From an uncultured bacterium (GTDB lineage: Bacteria; Abyssobacteria; SURF-5), in NCBI GenBank assembly GCA_964453435.1, contig CAYVQZ010000002.1, forward strand, positions 179,439-243,438: a stretch of DNA of 64,000 nucleotides, in the 5' to 3' direction. The position numbers and the translations under genes are program-made. Below are positions 9,719-21,262 of the stretch, piece after piece. Numbering within the stretch: the stretch's first letter is position 1; the number at the start of each line of letters is the position of its first letter. The notes under the pieces are model-generated. The model saw nothing but the letters and a program-made list of their open reading frames with translations. It searched no databases and had not been told where the DNA came from.

Positions 9719-11092
9719 TTGGCACGTCCGGTGTTGATGGTTGTTGATGACGAACAACATGTTCTCGATACCTGCCGCGATATCTTCAAAGAAGTCTACG
9801 AAGTAATCCCCAAGCGCTCAGCCAAAGAAGCGCTGTCCCACATGGCCGATAATCAGGTCGACCTCATCTTCCTCGACATCACAATGCCCGAACTCGACGG
9901 GATGGAAATGCTCAATCGGGTCCGCATGATGGATGACCCGCCGCCCGTCGTGATGGTCACGGCTACGCGCAACATCAAGTCCGCGGTGGCGGCAATGAAA
10001 CTCGGCGCATTCGATTACATCACCAAGCCGTTCGACATCGATGAATTGCGCCTGGTCGCCGAAAAGGCCCTCGAGAACCGCACCCTGGTTAATGAGGTGC
10101 GCAATCTTCGCTCCCAGATCGAAAAGAGATACGGCTTCGAGAATCTCGTGGGCGAAAGCAAGCCCATGCAGGAAATCTACAAGAAAATCGAGCAACTCGC
10201 CAACAAACGCACGACGGTGCTTTTGCTGGGCGAGAGCGGAACGGGAAAGGAATTGGTCGCGAGAGCAATCCATTATCATCAAGACAGTCTTCGCAAGGGT
10301 GGACCGTTCATTGCGCTCGACTGCAACACCCTCCCCGAGTCCCTCTTCGAAAGTGAGTTGTTCGGACATGAAAAGGGCGCCTTCACCGGAGCCACCAAAA
10401 AGGTCGGACGATGTGAACTTGCCGACAAGGGGACATTGTTTCTTGACGAAATCGGGGAAATCCCACACTCCGTCCAAGTCAAACTCCTGAGATTTCTGCA
10501 AGAGCACGAATTCGTCCGTATCGGTGGAACCCAAAACATATCGGTCGACGTCCGAATCGTCGCCGCCACGAACCGCGACCTCGAAAAAGCCGTAAAAGAA
10601 GGAAAATTCAGGGAAGACCTCTATTACCGCGTGAATGTGGTTCCGATCTACATCCCTCCGTTGCGAGAACGCTCCGAGGATATCCCGCTTCTCCTCGACC
10701 ATTTCATCAAGAAGTTCTCGGAAGAGCTGGATGTTCCCCCCAAAACGCTCACGCCGGCGGCGGTCGACCTGCTCGTGACCCACACCTGGCCGGGAAACGT
10801 GCGCGAGCTGCAAAACGTCGTCGAACGACTGCTCGTCCTCTCAAACAAGGAAGTCACCGATATCGAAGACCTCCCCGAAAGCGTCCGGCTTGCGAGACAT
10901 GATGTTTCGCAATACTCCGATTCCATTTTCTCGGGCGAACTCTCGCTCGAACAGGCCGAGCGACAATTCCTCAGCGAGATAATCTCCGAGGCTCTCAGAC
11001 GCGCCAACGGCGTCCAAACCCGAGCGGCCGAAATGCTGAAAACAAGCAGGCGCACCCTCAAGTATCAGATGGATAAACTGGGACTCTCCTGA
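9719..11092 (+). CDS. Sigma-54-dependent Fis-family response regulator (NtrC-like: receiver + AAA+ + HTH)
   Basis: Receiver domain (VVDDE...LIFLDITMP), Walker A GESGTGKE, GAFTGA motif, C-terminal HTH. TTG start with GAGGAGG RBS. Confidence 0.85.
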   Translation: MARPVLMVVDDEQHVLDTCRDIFKEVYEVIPKRSAKEALSHMADNQVDLIFLDITMPELDGMEMLNRVRMMDDPPPVVMVTATRNIKSAVAAMKLGAFDYITKPFDIDELRLVAEKALENRTLVNEVRNLRSQIEKRYGFENLVGESKPMQEIYKKIEQLANKRTTVLLLGESGTGKELVARAIHYHQDSLRKGGPFIALDCNTLPESLFESELFGHEKGAFTGATKKVGRCELADKGTLFLDEIGEIPHSVQVKLLRFLQEHEFVRIGGTQNISVDVRIVAATNRDLEKAVKEGKFREDLYYRVNVVPIYIPPLRERSEDIPLLLDHFIKKFSEELDVPPKTLTPAAVDLLVTHTWPGNVRELQNVVERLLVLSNKEVTDIEDLPESVRLARHDVSQYSDSIFSGELSLEQAERQFLSEIISEALRRANGVQTRAAEMLKTSRRTLKYQMDKLGLS

Positions 11093-11313
11093 CAACGAGC
11101 GGTTTTGTACGCCGCCCGTCCACAAATGTTCCCGAAGCAACCACTTAGACGCCGACTTTTCTTGTGCCTCAACAATCCGTTTACAACCCTATACCCCAAG
11201 ATATAGACGACTCCTTTTCTTTACCTATAGATAAAGTGGCTTGGCATCTTCTTTGCTCAAAAACAATGTACGAAAAGATGCCATATTTATCCTCAATTAA
11301 CGGACCTCGAAAG

Positions 11314-12207
11314 ATGGCGGGCGTGAACCAAGTTGCGGAAAAAAAATTGCGGCGGAAGGAAGAGGGCAAGATGCTGATACTCGAAGTGCTGGAACTGCCC
11401 ACCCTCTCCGTCGTCTTGAACAAAGTCCTCCGAGTCGCCGGCAATGACCGCTCGAGCGCCGACGACATGGCCGAGGTGATTTCGCAGGACCAGGCGCTGA
11501 CATCGAATGTTCTGAAAATCGCAAACTCGGCCTATTTCGGGCTTTCACAAAAGGTAACAACCGTCTCCCGGGCCATCGTTGTGCTCGGTTTCGACGCCGT
11601 GAAAAGCATTGCCCTGAGCGCGTCCGTCATCGACGCGTTCCGCAAACACGCGAATCACGAACACTTTGATCGCAGCCGCTTCTGGACTCACTCGCTGGCA
11701 TGCGCCTATATGTCACGGAAAATCGCCGGAGTGACCCACAAGTCCCAGGCCGAAACCGCCTTCGTGTGCGGGCTTCTCCACGACATCGGCAAGATTGTGC
11801 TCGACATCTATTTCCCCGATAGCTACCGCTGCGTCCTCAACAAGCTCGACAACGGCCGGCGGACGTCGATGGAGGCGGAAGATGAAGTGCTGGGATTCAC
11901 GCATCCGGAAGTCGGCATGTGGGTCGCCCAGCGATGGAAATTTCCGAAATCCATCATCTTCAGCATCGCGAATCACCACGGAATGATAGCCGACGACGCC
12001 CGGTATCGGTCGCTCACGGCTACCGTCCGGGTAGCCAACCACCTCTGTCTGCAAGAGGGTATTTGCCTCTCGAACCAGGCGGTGGTCGAGCCGTTTGAGG
12101 ATTCGATACCCGAGACCATCGGGCTGAAAGCCGAAAGTGTCAAGGAACTCAGGGATGACCTGGCTGCCCGAAAAGATTCTATCCTGTCTCTGTTCGCGGG
12201 CAACTGA
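11314..12207 (+). CDS. HDOD-domain signalling protein
   Basis: HDOD signature (LLHDIGKIVL). Start is uncertain: ATG 11314 or 11371; the track ORF begins at 11164. Confidence 0.65.
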   Translation: MAGVNQVAEKKLRRKEEGKMLILEVLELPTLSVVLNKVLRVAGNDRSSADDMAEVISQDQALTSNVLKIANSAYFGLSQKVTTVSRAIVVLGFDAVKSIALSASVIDAFRKHANHEHFDRSRFWTHSLACAYMSRKIAGVTHKSQAETAFVCGLLHDIGKIVLDIYFPDSYRCVLNKLDNGRRTSMEAEDEVLGFTHPEVGMWVAQRWKFPKSIIFSIANHHGMIADDARYRSLTATVRVANHLCLQEGICLSNQAVVEPFEDSIPETIGLKAESVKELRDDLAARKDSILSLFAGN

Positions 12208-12230
12208 GAACCATCGAGGATGCGGGGATC

Positions 12231-14024
12231 ATGGCAGGTTACAGCAAGGAAACCATGGAAAAAATGGAGGCGGGGATAGGTTCCGACGAGGCCGTCTCTC
12301 TCTGTTCGCTCATTGACCGGCTGGCCGACGCGGCCTCTTTGGTGGAACGCATGCCCGAACTCTGCATGTCCATTCTGAACATGGTCATCGAGTTCACCCC
12401 GTGCGAGAACGCTTCAATCATGCTCACCAATTCCGGAACCGGAGCGCTCGACCTGTTCTGCGCCAAGGGAAGGTCGGACAACGGGGCCTTTTTCGGAAAT
12501 GCCCGACTTTCGCCCCTCTCGTTTGCGCTCGGCGAGGGCGCGGCCGGATGGGTGGCCGAGCAAGCCCGGCCCATCGTCATCAACGATTGCGAGGACGATG
12601 CCCGGTTTATCAGGCTGCCGTCGTCCCGGAAAGGGGTAAATTCCATCATATGCGCTCCGCTCCTCGTCGAACAGTCCGTCATCGGAGTGCTGAACTGCAG
12701 TCATCCGGACAAGCAGAGATTCGGCCCGGCCGACAAGCGCGCCGTGGCTATGATCGCTCGTCACGCCTCCGTTCTCATTCGAACCGCCATGGCCATCGAC
12801 CGGATGCGCGGCGAACGCAGGCGATGGGAGGAACAGGCGGAAAGCGCGAAGCAAAGGATCGCTCAGTTGGACCATACACTCGGAGAAATGCGGGAACAAC
12901 TGTACCGGACGCAGAAATTCGCCTCGCTCGGTGAACTGCTGGCCGGAGCGGCGCACGAACTGAACAACCGCATCGCGCCCATCCTCATCTATTCGCAAAT
13001 GCTCCGGCGCCACGTTACCGATGAGAAAGACCAAAAACGCCTCGGTGTCGTCGAAGACTCGGCCATCGGCGCAAAAACCATTCTCCAAACCCTGCTCAAT
13101 TATTCAAGGACCGAAAAAAGCGAAAAAGAGCCGGTCGACCTCAATCAGATTCTTCTAAACACGGTCACGCTGGTTGAATACAAAATGCGGAATCGGGGGA
13201 TCGAACTCTCGCTGGAACTCTGTTCCGACCTCCCGAGCGTGTCCGCAAACGAAAAACAGATTGCGCAGGTGCTTCTCAACCTCATCAACAACGCAATTCA
13301 CGCCATGGAGGAGAAGGGCGGAAAACTTTACGTGCGGACAACCTGTGACCGCCAAAATGTCAAGCTTACGATTTCGGATTCAGGCGCCGGCATCCCTGAG
13401 GAAATCCTCGATAAAATCTTCGACCCGTTCTTCACAACGAAGGAATCCGGCAAAGGAACCGGCCTCGGTCTGAGCATATCAAAACGATATGTCGATGAAC
13501 ATGGCGGGCGCATCTACATTGAGAGCACTAATAACGCCGGCGCCACCTTCGTCGTCGAGCTTCCCTCGACGCCCGCAGAGACAAATGCATCGGCATCCCG
13601 GCTCGAACAAGCGCCGAAGGAATCCAATGGCGAAGACGGAGCCGCGCGAATTCTCGTTGTCGACGACGACGCCACCATCCGCAACGTGATTCGGGACGTC
13701 CTCGGCAGCGCGTACGATGTCGAATTTGCCGAAAACGGAAATGAGGCGACCCAAAAAATCCAGGGCGATGTGTTCGACCTTCTCGTCGTCGACTACCACA
13801 TGCCCGGACTGGACGGGAAACAGCTCTACGAATGGGTCGCAGACCATCGGCCCGTCATGAAGAACCGGATCGTATTCAGCACCGGCGACATCTGTCGCGA
13901 TGAAATCCGGGATTTCATCGAAAGCACCGGCTGCATATGTCTTTTGAAACCATTCTCCACGGCCGACCTTCGGAAGGTCGTCTCCGCCGGCATTCACACA
14001 GAAGGAGCGGGTCTGCGGATTTGA
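12231..14024 (+). CDS. Hybrid sensor histidine kinase (GAF + HisKA + HATPase_c + C-terminal receiver)
   Basis: H-box [11 protein letters not shown]-box [13 protein letters not shown], then receiver ILVVDDD...[10 protein letters not shown]. Confidence 0.85.
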   Translation: MAGYSKETMEKMEAGIGSDEAVSLCSLIDRLADAASLVERMPELCMSILNMVIEFTPCENASIMLTNSGTGALDLFCAKGRSDNGAFFGNARLSPLSFALGEGAAGWVAEQARPIVINDCEDDARFIRLPSSRKGVNSIICAPLLVEQSVIGVLNCSHPDKQRFGPADKRAVAMIARHASVLIRTAMAIDRMRGERRRWEEQAESAKQRIAQLDHTLGEMREQLYRTQKFASLGELLAGAAHELNNRIAPILIYSQMLRRHVTDEKDQKRLGVVEDSAIGAKTILQTLLNYSRTEKSEKEPVDLNQILLNTVTLVEYKMRNRGIELSLELCSDLPSVSANEKQIAQVLLNLINNAIHAMEEKGGKLYVRTTCDRQNVKLTISDSGAGIPEEILDKIFDPFFTTKESGKGTGLGLSISKRYVDEHGGRIYIESTNNAGATFVVELPSTPAETNASASRLEQAPKESNGEDGAARILVVDDDATIRNVIRDVLGSAYDVEFAENGNEATQKIQGDVFDLLVVDYHMPGLDGKQLYEWVADHRPVMKNRIVFSTGDICRDEIRDFIESTGCICLLKPFSTADLRKVVSAGIHTEGAGLRI

Positions 14025-14207
14025 CAGACCCGTTCTTTCAACGAGGCCGCATTTTTTGTTATGAAGAAAATGCGCCGTATGGGCCGTAAACCGCGCCGTG
14101 ACCGTGGAATGAGAAAGAAAACGAGTAACCTCGAAGCATGGTAGGTCTGTCAAATGTGCAGACCTGAACTCTCTGCCCCCAATGGGTGGGCTAGACGGAA
14201 AATCGCA

Positions 14208-15797
14208 ATGAAGGGGTCCGCAAAAATTATGGTCTTCGATCCCGACGCCGAATCCGCCGGCCGCGTCGCGCTCTGCCTTGCGGAAGTCGGATATGAAGTC
14301 GCACGGTTCGAAACCCTCGAGCAAATGGTGACGGCCGTCAAACGATGGCCCGCAGACATCGTGTTGCTCGACCTCGGTGTCGAGGAAATCCGCGGCATGG
14401 AACTCATCAGGGAAGCCAAACGGAGCAACCCCGAGGTTTCCGTCATACTCACGGGCGCCCTGAGCGCGGTCGAGAAAAATCCCCACATGCTCATGTTTGC
14501 CGGATACGAATATGTTCTGAAACCCATCCACAACGAGCTCCTCTGCTCGATTGTCGAACAGCGTCTGAACCAGCAGCATCTCTACAGAATCTGCTCCGCT
14601 CTCAGCGCTTCGCTCGACCTGGGCGGCGTGCTCGACGTCCTGCTCGAGACCACGCTTCGCGAAGTCGGCGCGGACCAGATTGTTGTCTTTCTGAAAGACG
14701 AAGAGACGGGCGACCTGAAAATCGAGGCTGCGAAAGGAATGTCCCGCGAGTCGGTCGGTCGAAGTTTCAAGCTCGACGACGACAGCATCGTCGGCCTGGT
14801 GCTCGGCCACAACGAACCCGTCGTATTGCAGGGAGGCTTTGCGCCCGCTCATCTGTTCGGATTGGCCGCCGGCGCCGCCTCCAGCATCTACGCGCCCATC
14901 CGGCTCGGCGGGAAGACCATCGGGCTGCTCAACGTAAACCGGCTCAATCATTCGGCGCCGTTTCGACAGAGCAACCTCAGGACCGTCGAGATTGTCGCGC
15001 TGCAGACAGCCGTCGCGATTCAGAACGCGCGCGAGTACCGCCACGCTCTCGAACGACAAAAAATGCAAAACGAACTCGAACTCGCCCGCTCGATCCAGCA
15101 GAGCCTGTTCCCCAAAACCGCGGGCTTCGAACAGTATGCCGAAATCGAATCGCATTGCATTCCCGCGCGCATGATCGGAGGCGACTTCTACGATTTCATC
15201 GAGCTCGGATCCCGAAGCTTCGGCGTCGTCATCGGCGATGTCGCCGGCAAAGGGGTGCCCGGCGCATTGCTCATGATGCGCGCGGTCAGCAAGTTCCGGC
15301 TGAGGGCACGTCCCGGCAAAGACCCCGGGGAAGTGCTTTGCCAACTCAATAACGGTCTCCTCGAAAGCAGCGCGCGCGGGATGTATGTCACCGGAATCTA
15401 TGCTGTCTTCGACCTTGAACGAAGCATCGTCCGCTTCGCCAACGCCGGCCATCCGCCGCCCCTGTTCCGCCGCCGCTCCTGCAACGAGGTGGTAAGCCCC
15501 GACGAATCCGGCGGTGTGCCGCTCGGGATTCTTCGTGATTACCGCTACGAGACTGCCGAGATAGAATTCGCGCCGGGCGACCTCGCGCTGTTTTATACCG
15601 ACGGCGTCATCGAAGCCAGGAATCCCGCCGAAGAAGAATTCTCGGTCCATCGCCTAAAACGCCTGCTCCAAAACGGCGTCTCGTCTTCGCGCATGCTCAG
15701 TGAACTCCTGCTGAGCGAGATACGCTCATTCACCGCATGCAGACCTCAGCACGACGACCTCACCCTTCTCACCGTCGCCGGCAAACCCTCGAACTGA
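14208..15797 (+). CDS. Response-regulator receiver + GAF + PP2C/SpoIIE-family Ser/Thr phosphatase
   Basis: Receiver IMVFDPD...VLLDLGV, a GAF-like middle region, and PP2C motifs GGDFYDF and DVAGKG. Confidence 0.8.
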   Translation: MKGSAKIMVFDPDAESAGRVALCLAEVGYEVARFETLEQMVTAVKRWPADIVLLDLGVEEIRGMELIREAKRSNPEVSVILTGALSAVEKNPHMLMFAGYEYVLKPIHNELLCSIVEQRLNQQHLYRICSALSASLDLGGVLDVLLETTLREVGADQIVVFLKDEETGDLKIEAAKGMSRESVGRSFKLDDDSIVGLVLGHNEPVVLQGGFAPAHLFGLAAGAASSIYAPIRLGGKTIGLLNVNRLNHSAPFRQSNLRTVEIVALQTAVAIQNAREYRHALERQKMQNELELARSIQQSLFPKTAGFEQYAEIESHCIPARMIGGDFYDFIELGSRSFGVVIGDVAGKGVPGALLMMRAVSKFRLRARPGKDPGEVLCQLNNGLLESSARGMYVTGIYAVFDLERSIVRFANAGHPPPLFRRRSCNEVVSPDESGGVPLGILRDYRYETAEIEFAPGDLALFYTDGVIEARNPAEEEFSVHRLKRLLQNGVSSSRMLSELLLSEIRSFTACRPQHDDLTLLTVAGKPSN

Positions 15798-16095
15798 AAT
15801 CCGACTTCCGACCACTGATCTCGAATGTGTTTCTGAGCGCTAATAAACTGGCGAAATACAATCATTTGCATCCGCAGATTGCTCAGATTGTCGCAGATTT
15901 AGGGAACACGAATTACACGAACAGGACATAAAGATTTTGGAACCGCTTCGCGCGAAAGAATGGGAACACGAATGGCGCGAATGAAAGGATGCGTAAACCA
16001 CGGAGGGCGCGGAGAAACACGGAGAAGGGAATTGAACCAGAGGGGCACAAAGCCGTGTCAAGAACGATCGCTGATGCGGGGCGAGCGTTTTGTCT

Positions 16096-19000
16096 TCAGG
16101 TGGTTTCGGCCCAATCGCGGCAGAGAACTTCTGCCTGCTCGAGGACAAGCTCCGTAGCGCGGGCCTGCTTGTCGGGCGGGTAGCCGTAGCGGCGGAGAAT
16201 CCTTTTGGTCATCACTCGCATCTGGGCGCGGACGTTCTCGCGCAGCGTCCAATCGATGGTCACGTTGTTGCGCACGGCCTTCACGAGTTCCTGTGCGATG
16301 GTTTTCAGGGTTTCATCTCCGAGAACCTGCACCGCGCTGTCATTCGTCTCCAGGGCGTCGTAGAAAGCCACTTCCTCTTCTGTGAGTCCGAGCTTTTCTC
16401 CGCGCCGGTCGGCCTCGCGCAGGTCCTTGGCCAGATTGATGAGCTCCTCTATGACTTGCACCGTTGCTATGGCCCGATTCTGATACTTTCTGATTGATTC
16501 CTCGAGCATTTGGGCGAACGAGCGGGCCTGCACGATATTCTTTCGTTTGCGTGTCTTGATCTCGCCTTCGAGCAACTTTCGCAGCATCTCGACTGCCAGA
16601 TTCCTGTGCGGCATGCCGCGCACCTCGGCGAGAAATTCGTCGGACAGAATCGAGACATCCGGCTTCTTGAGTCCGGCAGCCGCAAAGATGTCGATTATTC
16701 TGTCCGACGCTACCGCGCGCGATACGATCTGCCGAATCGCATGGTCCAATTCCTCGGGACTGCGCCGGTCGCCTGTCACGCTTTTGCGCAGGACGGATTT
16801 GACCGCCTGGAAGAACGCGACGTCATCCCGAATCGCAAGCGCCTTCTCGTGCGGTACGGACAGCGCGAACGCATGCGACAAATCCGTGACCGCTCTCGAC
16901 AGCCGCTCCTTGCCGTCCTCCTGTTGAAGCACGTGCTCCTGCGCGGCGGGCAACACCGACAGCCGCTCCTGCGGATTGGCGGATTTCCACCGCGACCAGT
17001 CGAACCCGTGGAATATGCCGCAGCAGATTTCGTATTTCTCGAGCATCGCTTCAACGGCCCTCGCCTGGTCAATGGCGGTCTCGCCCTGTCCGCCGCTTCT
17101 CGTATAGTTCTCCACGGCTGACTGCAGTTCGTGCGCGAGGCCGAGGTAATCCACAATGAGGCCGCCGGGCTTGTCCTTGAACTTCCGGTTCACGCGCGCT
17201 ATCGCCTGCATCAATCCGTGGCTTCGCATAGGCTTATCCATGTACATCGTGTGCAGGCTCGGGACGTTGAATCCCGTCAACCACATATCGCGAACAATCG
17301 CCACCTGAAACGAGTCGTCGGGGTCCCTGAACCTGTTTGCAAGCTCCTCGCGCCGCGCTTTCGGCCGGATATGCGGCTGCCACTCGGCGGGGTCGGACGC
17401 CGAGCCGGTCATGACCACTTTGATGATGCCTTTCTTGTCGTCATCGTAATGCCATTCGTGGCGCAGAGCGACAATGGCCCTGTACAGGTCAACGCAGATT
17501 CGGCGGCTCATGCACACAATCATGGCTTTACCGTCCATCGCCCGGAGACGCTCTTCGAAGTGGTTCACGATGTCCTGCGCGATAAGCCTTATTCTCTTTT
17601 CCGCGCCGACAATCGCCTCAAGCTGAGCCCACTTCGTCTTGAGCTGCTCCTTATGTTCGACCTCTTCGCCTTCGGTCACCTCCTCGAAATCCTCATCAAG
17701 CTTTGGCCTTGCAGCCTCGTCAAGTTCCAGCTTTGCAAGGCGGCTTTCGTAGTATATCGGGACAGTCGCCTCGTCCTGCACGGCGCGCTCGATGTCATAG
17801 ATGCTGATATAGTCGCCGAAGACCGCGCGTGTGTTCTTATCGGTCAATTCGATTGGTGTTCCCGTGAACCCGATGAACGAAGCGTTCGGCAGCGCGTCCC
17901 TCATATATCGGGCGAACCCGTCAATGAAATCGTACTGGCTTCGATGGGCCTCATCGGCGATGACGACGATATTGCGCCGGTCCGAGAGCAGCGGGTGCTG
18001 GTCCTCGCCCTGGGTCGGAAAGAACTTGTGGACCGTCGTGAATACGACGCCGCCCGAGGCCACTTTCAGCTTGGCGCGCAAATCGGCCCGACTCGCCGCC
18101 TGCGCGGGCGGCTGCCGCAACAATTCATGACACCGCGCGAACGTGCCGTAAAGCTGGTCGTCGAGGTCGTTGCGGTCGGTGATGACGACAAGCGTCGGGT
18201 TCTCCATTGCCGGATGCTGTATGACGCGGCCGGCGTAGAAGGCCATCGTAAGGCTCTTGCCCGAGCCCTGCGTGTGCCACACGACCCCGACACGCTTGTC
18301 GCCGGGGCGCGCGTCGGGCCGGCTTCGGGCAAAATAGGTTCCTTCCGACTCTTTCGCCACCAGAGCCTTTGCGGGAGAAACGCAGGCGCGGATGGTCTCC
18401 TCGACGGCCACGTTGACGCCGTGGTACTGGTGGTAACCGGCCATTTTCTTGACGAGGACGCCGCTGCTGACATCCTCGAAGACGATGAAGTATCTGATAA
18501 GATCGAGGAACCGCCGCTTGTCGAACACTCCTTGCAGCGCCACCTGCAATTGGGGTACAGATTGCTCGGCGAGTTCCTGCCCTTCGATGGTCCGCCACGG
18601 CATGAACCACTCGCGGTTGGCCGTGAGCGTGCCGATCCGGGCTTCTGTGCCGTCAGAGATGACAAGCGCTTCGTTATAGGCGAAGAGCGACGGGATCTGT
18701 TCCTTATAGGTCTGAAGCTGGTTGAAGGCCGACCAAATGGTTGCGTTCTCGTCGGCGGGGTTCTTCAGTTCTATTACCGCAAATGGCAGGCCATTGACGA
18801 ACAGAACGATGTCGGGCCTGCGCTCGCGGTGGTCCTCGACAACCGTAAACTGGTTCACGGCCAGAAACTCGTTGTTCTCGGGGTCGCCGTAATCCAGCGC
18901 GCGCAAATAATCGCCGCCGAATGAGCCGTCGGGGCGCTGGTATTCCACCGGCACTCCCTCGACCAGGTATTTATGAAGGGTGTGGTTGTTCGCCACGAGT

Positions 19001-19245
19001 GAAGGCGAGTCGAGGCGCGCGAGTTTCCGAAAGCCCTCTTCCAGGACATCGGGCGACATGTGCGGGTTGAGACGTTGGAGCGCCTGCCGGAGCCGGCGCT
19101 CCAGCAGGACTTGCTTGTAGTCGTCGCGCTCGGCATGCAGTTCGCCGGGCGCAATCTCGGGACCCGGGAGGATGAGGTAACCCATGCTTTCGAGCCAGGC
19201 CAGAGCGGCCTGCTCGACGATGGATTCGGTGAAGCCGTGGGTCAT
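16096..19245 (-). CDS. hsdR: Type I restriction enzyme R subunit
   Basis: 1049 aa. Conserved HsdR N-terminus [23 protein letters not shown] and helicase motifs (TGSGKS, DEAH). AGGAGG RBS. Confidence 0.9.
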   Translation of the reverse strand: MTHGFTESIVEQAALAWLESMGYLILPGPEIAPGELHAERDDYKQVLLERRLRQALQRLNPHMSPDVLEEGFRKLARLDSPSLVANNHTLHKYLVEGVPVEYQRPDGSFGGDYLRALDYGDPENNEFLAVNQFTVVEDHRERRPDIVLFVNGLPFAVIELKNPADENATIWSAFNQLQTYKEQIPSLFAYNEALVISDGTEARIGTLTANREWFMPWRTIEGQELAEQSVPQLQVALQGVFDKRRFLDLIRYFIVFEDVSSGVLVKKMAGYHQYHGVNVAVEETIRACVSPAKALVAKESEGTYFARSRPDARPGDKRVGVVWHTQGSGKSLTMAFYAGRVIQHPAMENPTLVVITDRNDLDDQLYGTFARCHELLRQPPAQAASRADLRAKLKVASGGVVFTTVHKFFPTQGEDQHPLLSDRRNIVVIADEAHRSQYDFIDGFARYMRDALPNASFIGFTGTPIELTDKNTRAVFGDYISIYDIERAVQDEATVPIYYESRLAKLELDEAARPKLDEDFEEVTEGEEVEHKEQLKTKWAQLEAIVGAEKRIRLIAQDIVNHFEERLRAMDGKAMIVCMSRRICVDLYRAIVALRHEWHYDDDKKGIIKVVMTGSASDPAEWQPHIRPKARREELANRFRDPDDSFQVAIVRDMWLTGFNVPSLHTMYMDKPMRSHGLMQAIARVNRKFKDKPGGLIVDYLGLAHELQSAVENYTRSGGQGETAIDQARAVEAMLEKYEICCGIFHGFDWSRWKSANPQERLSVLPAAQEHVLQQEDGKERLSRAVTDLSHAFALSVPHEKALAIRDDVAFFQAVKSVLRKSVTGDRRSPEELDHAIRQIVSRAVASDRIIDIFAAAGLKKPDVSILSDEFLAEVRGMPHRNLAVEMLRKLLEGEIKTRKRKNIVQARSFAQMLEESIRKYQNRAIATVQVIEELINLAKDLREADRRGEKLGLTEEEVAFYDALETNDSAVQVLGDETLKTIAQELVKAVRNNVTIDWTLRENVRAQMRVMTKRILRRYGYPPDKQARATELVLEQAEVLCRDWAETT

Positions 19246-19922
19246 TGGCCCCGCCTCCTGCTGGTCCGGGTGCGGTACAGTCGTTCGGTGAAACCGCCTT
19301 CCTTCTCAAAGGCTTTGGCCTGGGCGGCGATCTGGCGGTTGAGGAAATGACACGCGAGGTTCAAAAGAGAGAGCGCTGCGTTGGCCGCGAGTTCGGCGGA
19401 AGAGACGGACTGACACGGACCTTTACGGACAGGCACGGACGAGGAACTGCGTCGGTTGTTCTTGTTGTTTGCGGCTGTCTGTGCGTGTCCCTGCTTGTCC
19501 GTGAGGTTTCGGGATTGGTGAAGTTCTTCTTCGACCCAGTCTTTGACCTCTTGCAGCGTCGAGCAGCGCTTTGCCTTGAATCGGAGAAGCGCCGGATGAT
19601 CCGGCGCCCAAATCGGCAGCCCGCGCTGCCGCAGGAAATCCTCGTAGTCCAGCTTCAGTTCCTCCAGGCTTGCGCGCGCCACGTTGGTGAGTTTCAGTTC
19701 CATTTTCTTCGAGGTGGCCGAGGCCTGGCTGCCCTCGGCAATGTTCTGGACGCCGGAGCGCGCCGCCTGCACCATCTGGTCGTGGGTGCGGCTGCGCCTG
19801 TCGATGTAGCGGTCGCAGAACCGCGCGGTCATATCATAAACCAACTGAGCGACCTGGAAGCTCTTGAGCTTTCGGTAGCCGCCGTGCTTGGGGATCAGCG
19901 GTTCTTTGTCCATTGTGTCCAT
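19242..19922 (-). CDS. Four-helix-bundle protein (TIGR02436/bAvd-like) with C-terminal extension, embedded in the hsd operon
   Basis: [18 protein letters not shown]...GVQNIAEGS pattern typical of the four-helix-bundle family frequently found in hsd loci. Overlaps the hsdR start by 4 nt. Confidence 0.6.
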   Translation of the reverse strand: MDTMDKEPLIPKHGGYRKLKSFQVAQLVYDMTARFCDRYIDRRSRTHDQMVQAARSGVQNIAEGSQASATSKKMELKLTNVARASLEELKLDYEDFLRQRGLPIWAPDHPALLRFKAKRCSTLQEVKDWVEEELHQSRNLTDKQGHAQTAANNKNNRRSSSSVPVRKGPCQSVSSAELAANAALSLLNLACHFLNRQIAAQAKAFEKEGGFTERLYRTRTSRRRGQ

Positions 19923-19931
19923 GGTGTTCTC

Positions 19932-20159
19932 CTAGACGGTTCTTGCCACGGTCCGCTCCGGATTGGGAACCCGCATCTCGCCGGAGATGAGCTTGGGGAG
20001 AAGGGTGTCGCGGAGAGCGGCGAGGGTGGGGAACTTACCACACCCCTTATGTCCTTTGCCACAGGAGATGTCCGGCCCAGACAGGGCCAAATAGCCTATC
20101 CTCTCCAGCCATGCCAAGGCGGCTTGCTCGACTACGGATTCGGTCAACCGTAAGGCCAT
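19932..20159 (-). pseudogene. Chimeric remnant: HsdR N-terminus-like ~30 aa fused to HsdS C-terminus-like ~25 aa (recombination scar)
   Basis: [32 protein letters not shown] resembles HsdR residues 1-33. ...[23 protein letters not shown] resembles the HsdS C-terminus [27 protein letters not shown]. Its ATG overlaps the TIR-gene TGA (ATGA). Confidence 0.6.
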
Positions 20160-21262
20160 CAGAAAGGAATCTCCTCTTCCTTTGTCCGCTCTGGCGATAT
20201 CAGTTCGTTGTTTCTCACTTCCCACCGCTTCCCGGTCCATTTCTTCAAGAGCGGTTGCAGCAAATCCGTTCCCTTGAATGAACGCCTATTCTGTTCATTC
20301 GTGCGGTAAGCTTTGAAAACGTGTGTCACTTGGTCCGGGGTTAGATCCTCGAAAATCGACAAAAGGTGCTCAATCTTCCATGCTGAGTCTTCCCAAGTCA
20401 CCGAAGCAGCATAGGCGGAGAGTGCACAATCGAATAACCTCGACCTGTCTGGTAGACGCTTGTGGAGTACCTGGAATATCTTGACTGCCATGCTGTCGGT
20501 ATCAGACCAGCTACATCCACCAAGCCCTTGCCCTTTCGCCATGAGACCGTAGGGATCAAGCCCCAGCCGGACGGCAATGAGCGGTACACCTCTCCCAATT
20601 GCCACACCCACTTCCTGATCTGTCCAATTGCTGTCTTTATAATCTTCAGAAAGCAACGCCACCAAAGCATCCATACTAAACAACGCCCGTTCAATCTCGC
20701 GCTGCCATTCTTCGGTCGGTTCGATGTCCTCATGTGCGACGAACGCCGCTATCCCGCAGCGAGCGAAGGATTCTTTAAGTCTCGTCGCATGCTGCTTGAC
20801 TGAAGATTTATGGCTGAGGAAGATGCGCACGTGCTCCTGCCCCCATATCCGCTTCAATGCCTCAGCCGGAATCGACGAAGCGGCAATACGCGGTCGAAAC
20901 ACTCCGGCTCTTTCGCGCCAATTATCTACCTTTATCGGTTCCACCTCGATGAACACTTCGCTGATATATTCATTCTGGCTATTATCCAACTTGTTGATAT
21001 CATCCTTGATGTGCTTTTGGAGGCTATCCCTGTTTTCCATCACTTTAAAGTAGATATCTTCTGACACCGTAAGCGTAATTGCATGGCCATAGGTTCCACC
21101 ATTCCAATTATCATAGTCCCATCCTTCATGAATGAAGACGACGCCGTTGACGACGATTTCTCTCAGAAGTCTCTCGCCCGTTTTCTCATAGAAGCGGTTC
21201 AAGGTTGCAAGGTATGAATCCACTTTGCCAGGGAGTCGGAATTGGCGGTCACCGGTGGTCAT
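20159..21262 (-). CDS. TIR-like domain protein (TIR_2/DUF1863-type core, residues ~145-240) with unknown N- and C-terminal domains; candidate anti-phage effector
   Basis: VRIFLSHKSSVKQHATRLKESFARCGIAAFVAHEDIEPTEEWQREIERALFSMDALVALLSEDYKDSNWTDQEVGVAIGRGVPLIAV matches the bacterial TIR pattern (F-S-H-K...D-I-x-G-x-W...S-x-W-x-x-x-E...IP). ATGA-coupled to hsdS upstream and to the scar ORF downstream. Confidence 0.6.
   Translation of the reverse strand: MTTGDRQFRLPGKVDSYLATLNRFYEKTGERLLREIVVNGVVFIHEGWDYDNWNGGTYGHAITLTVSEDIYFKVMENRDSLQKHIKDDINKLDNSQNEYISEVFIEVEPIKVDNWRERAGVFRPRIAASSIPAEALKRIWGQEHVRIFLSHKSSVKQHATRLKESFARCGIAAFVAHEDIEPTEEWQREIERALFSMDALVALLSEDYKDSNWTDQEVGVAIGRGVPLIAVRLGLDPYGLMAKGQGLGGCSWSDTDSMAVKIFQVLHKRLPDRSRLFDCALSAYAASVTWEDSAWKIEHLLSIFEDLTPDQVTHVFKAYRTNEQNRRSFKGTDLLQPLLKKWTGKRWEVRNNELISPERTKEEEIPF

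Noticed and set aside
14345-15352. Arg-rich 335-aa plus-strand ORF; similar R-rich ORFs at 30397-31488 and 18066-18665
   Set aside because: These are alternative frames of real genes in GC-rich DNA, with poly-Arg/Pro composition and no start context.
13479-15650. 723-aa minus-strand ORF
   Set aside because: It lies antisense across two well-supported plus-strand genes (hybrid histidine kinase and PP2C phosphatase). It has no motifs and shows typical high-GC antisense open-frame composition (Gly/Ala/Asp/Arg-rich).
15800-16095. Possible tRNA or small RNA in the convergent intergenic region
   Set aside because: No cloverleaf-compatible stems or T-loop GTTCRANYC motif were found; only direct repeats were noted.
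17131-18924. 597-aa plus-strand ORF
   Set aside because: Antisense inside hsdR. It is spurious.
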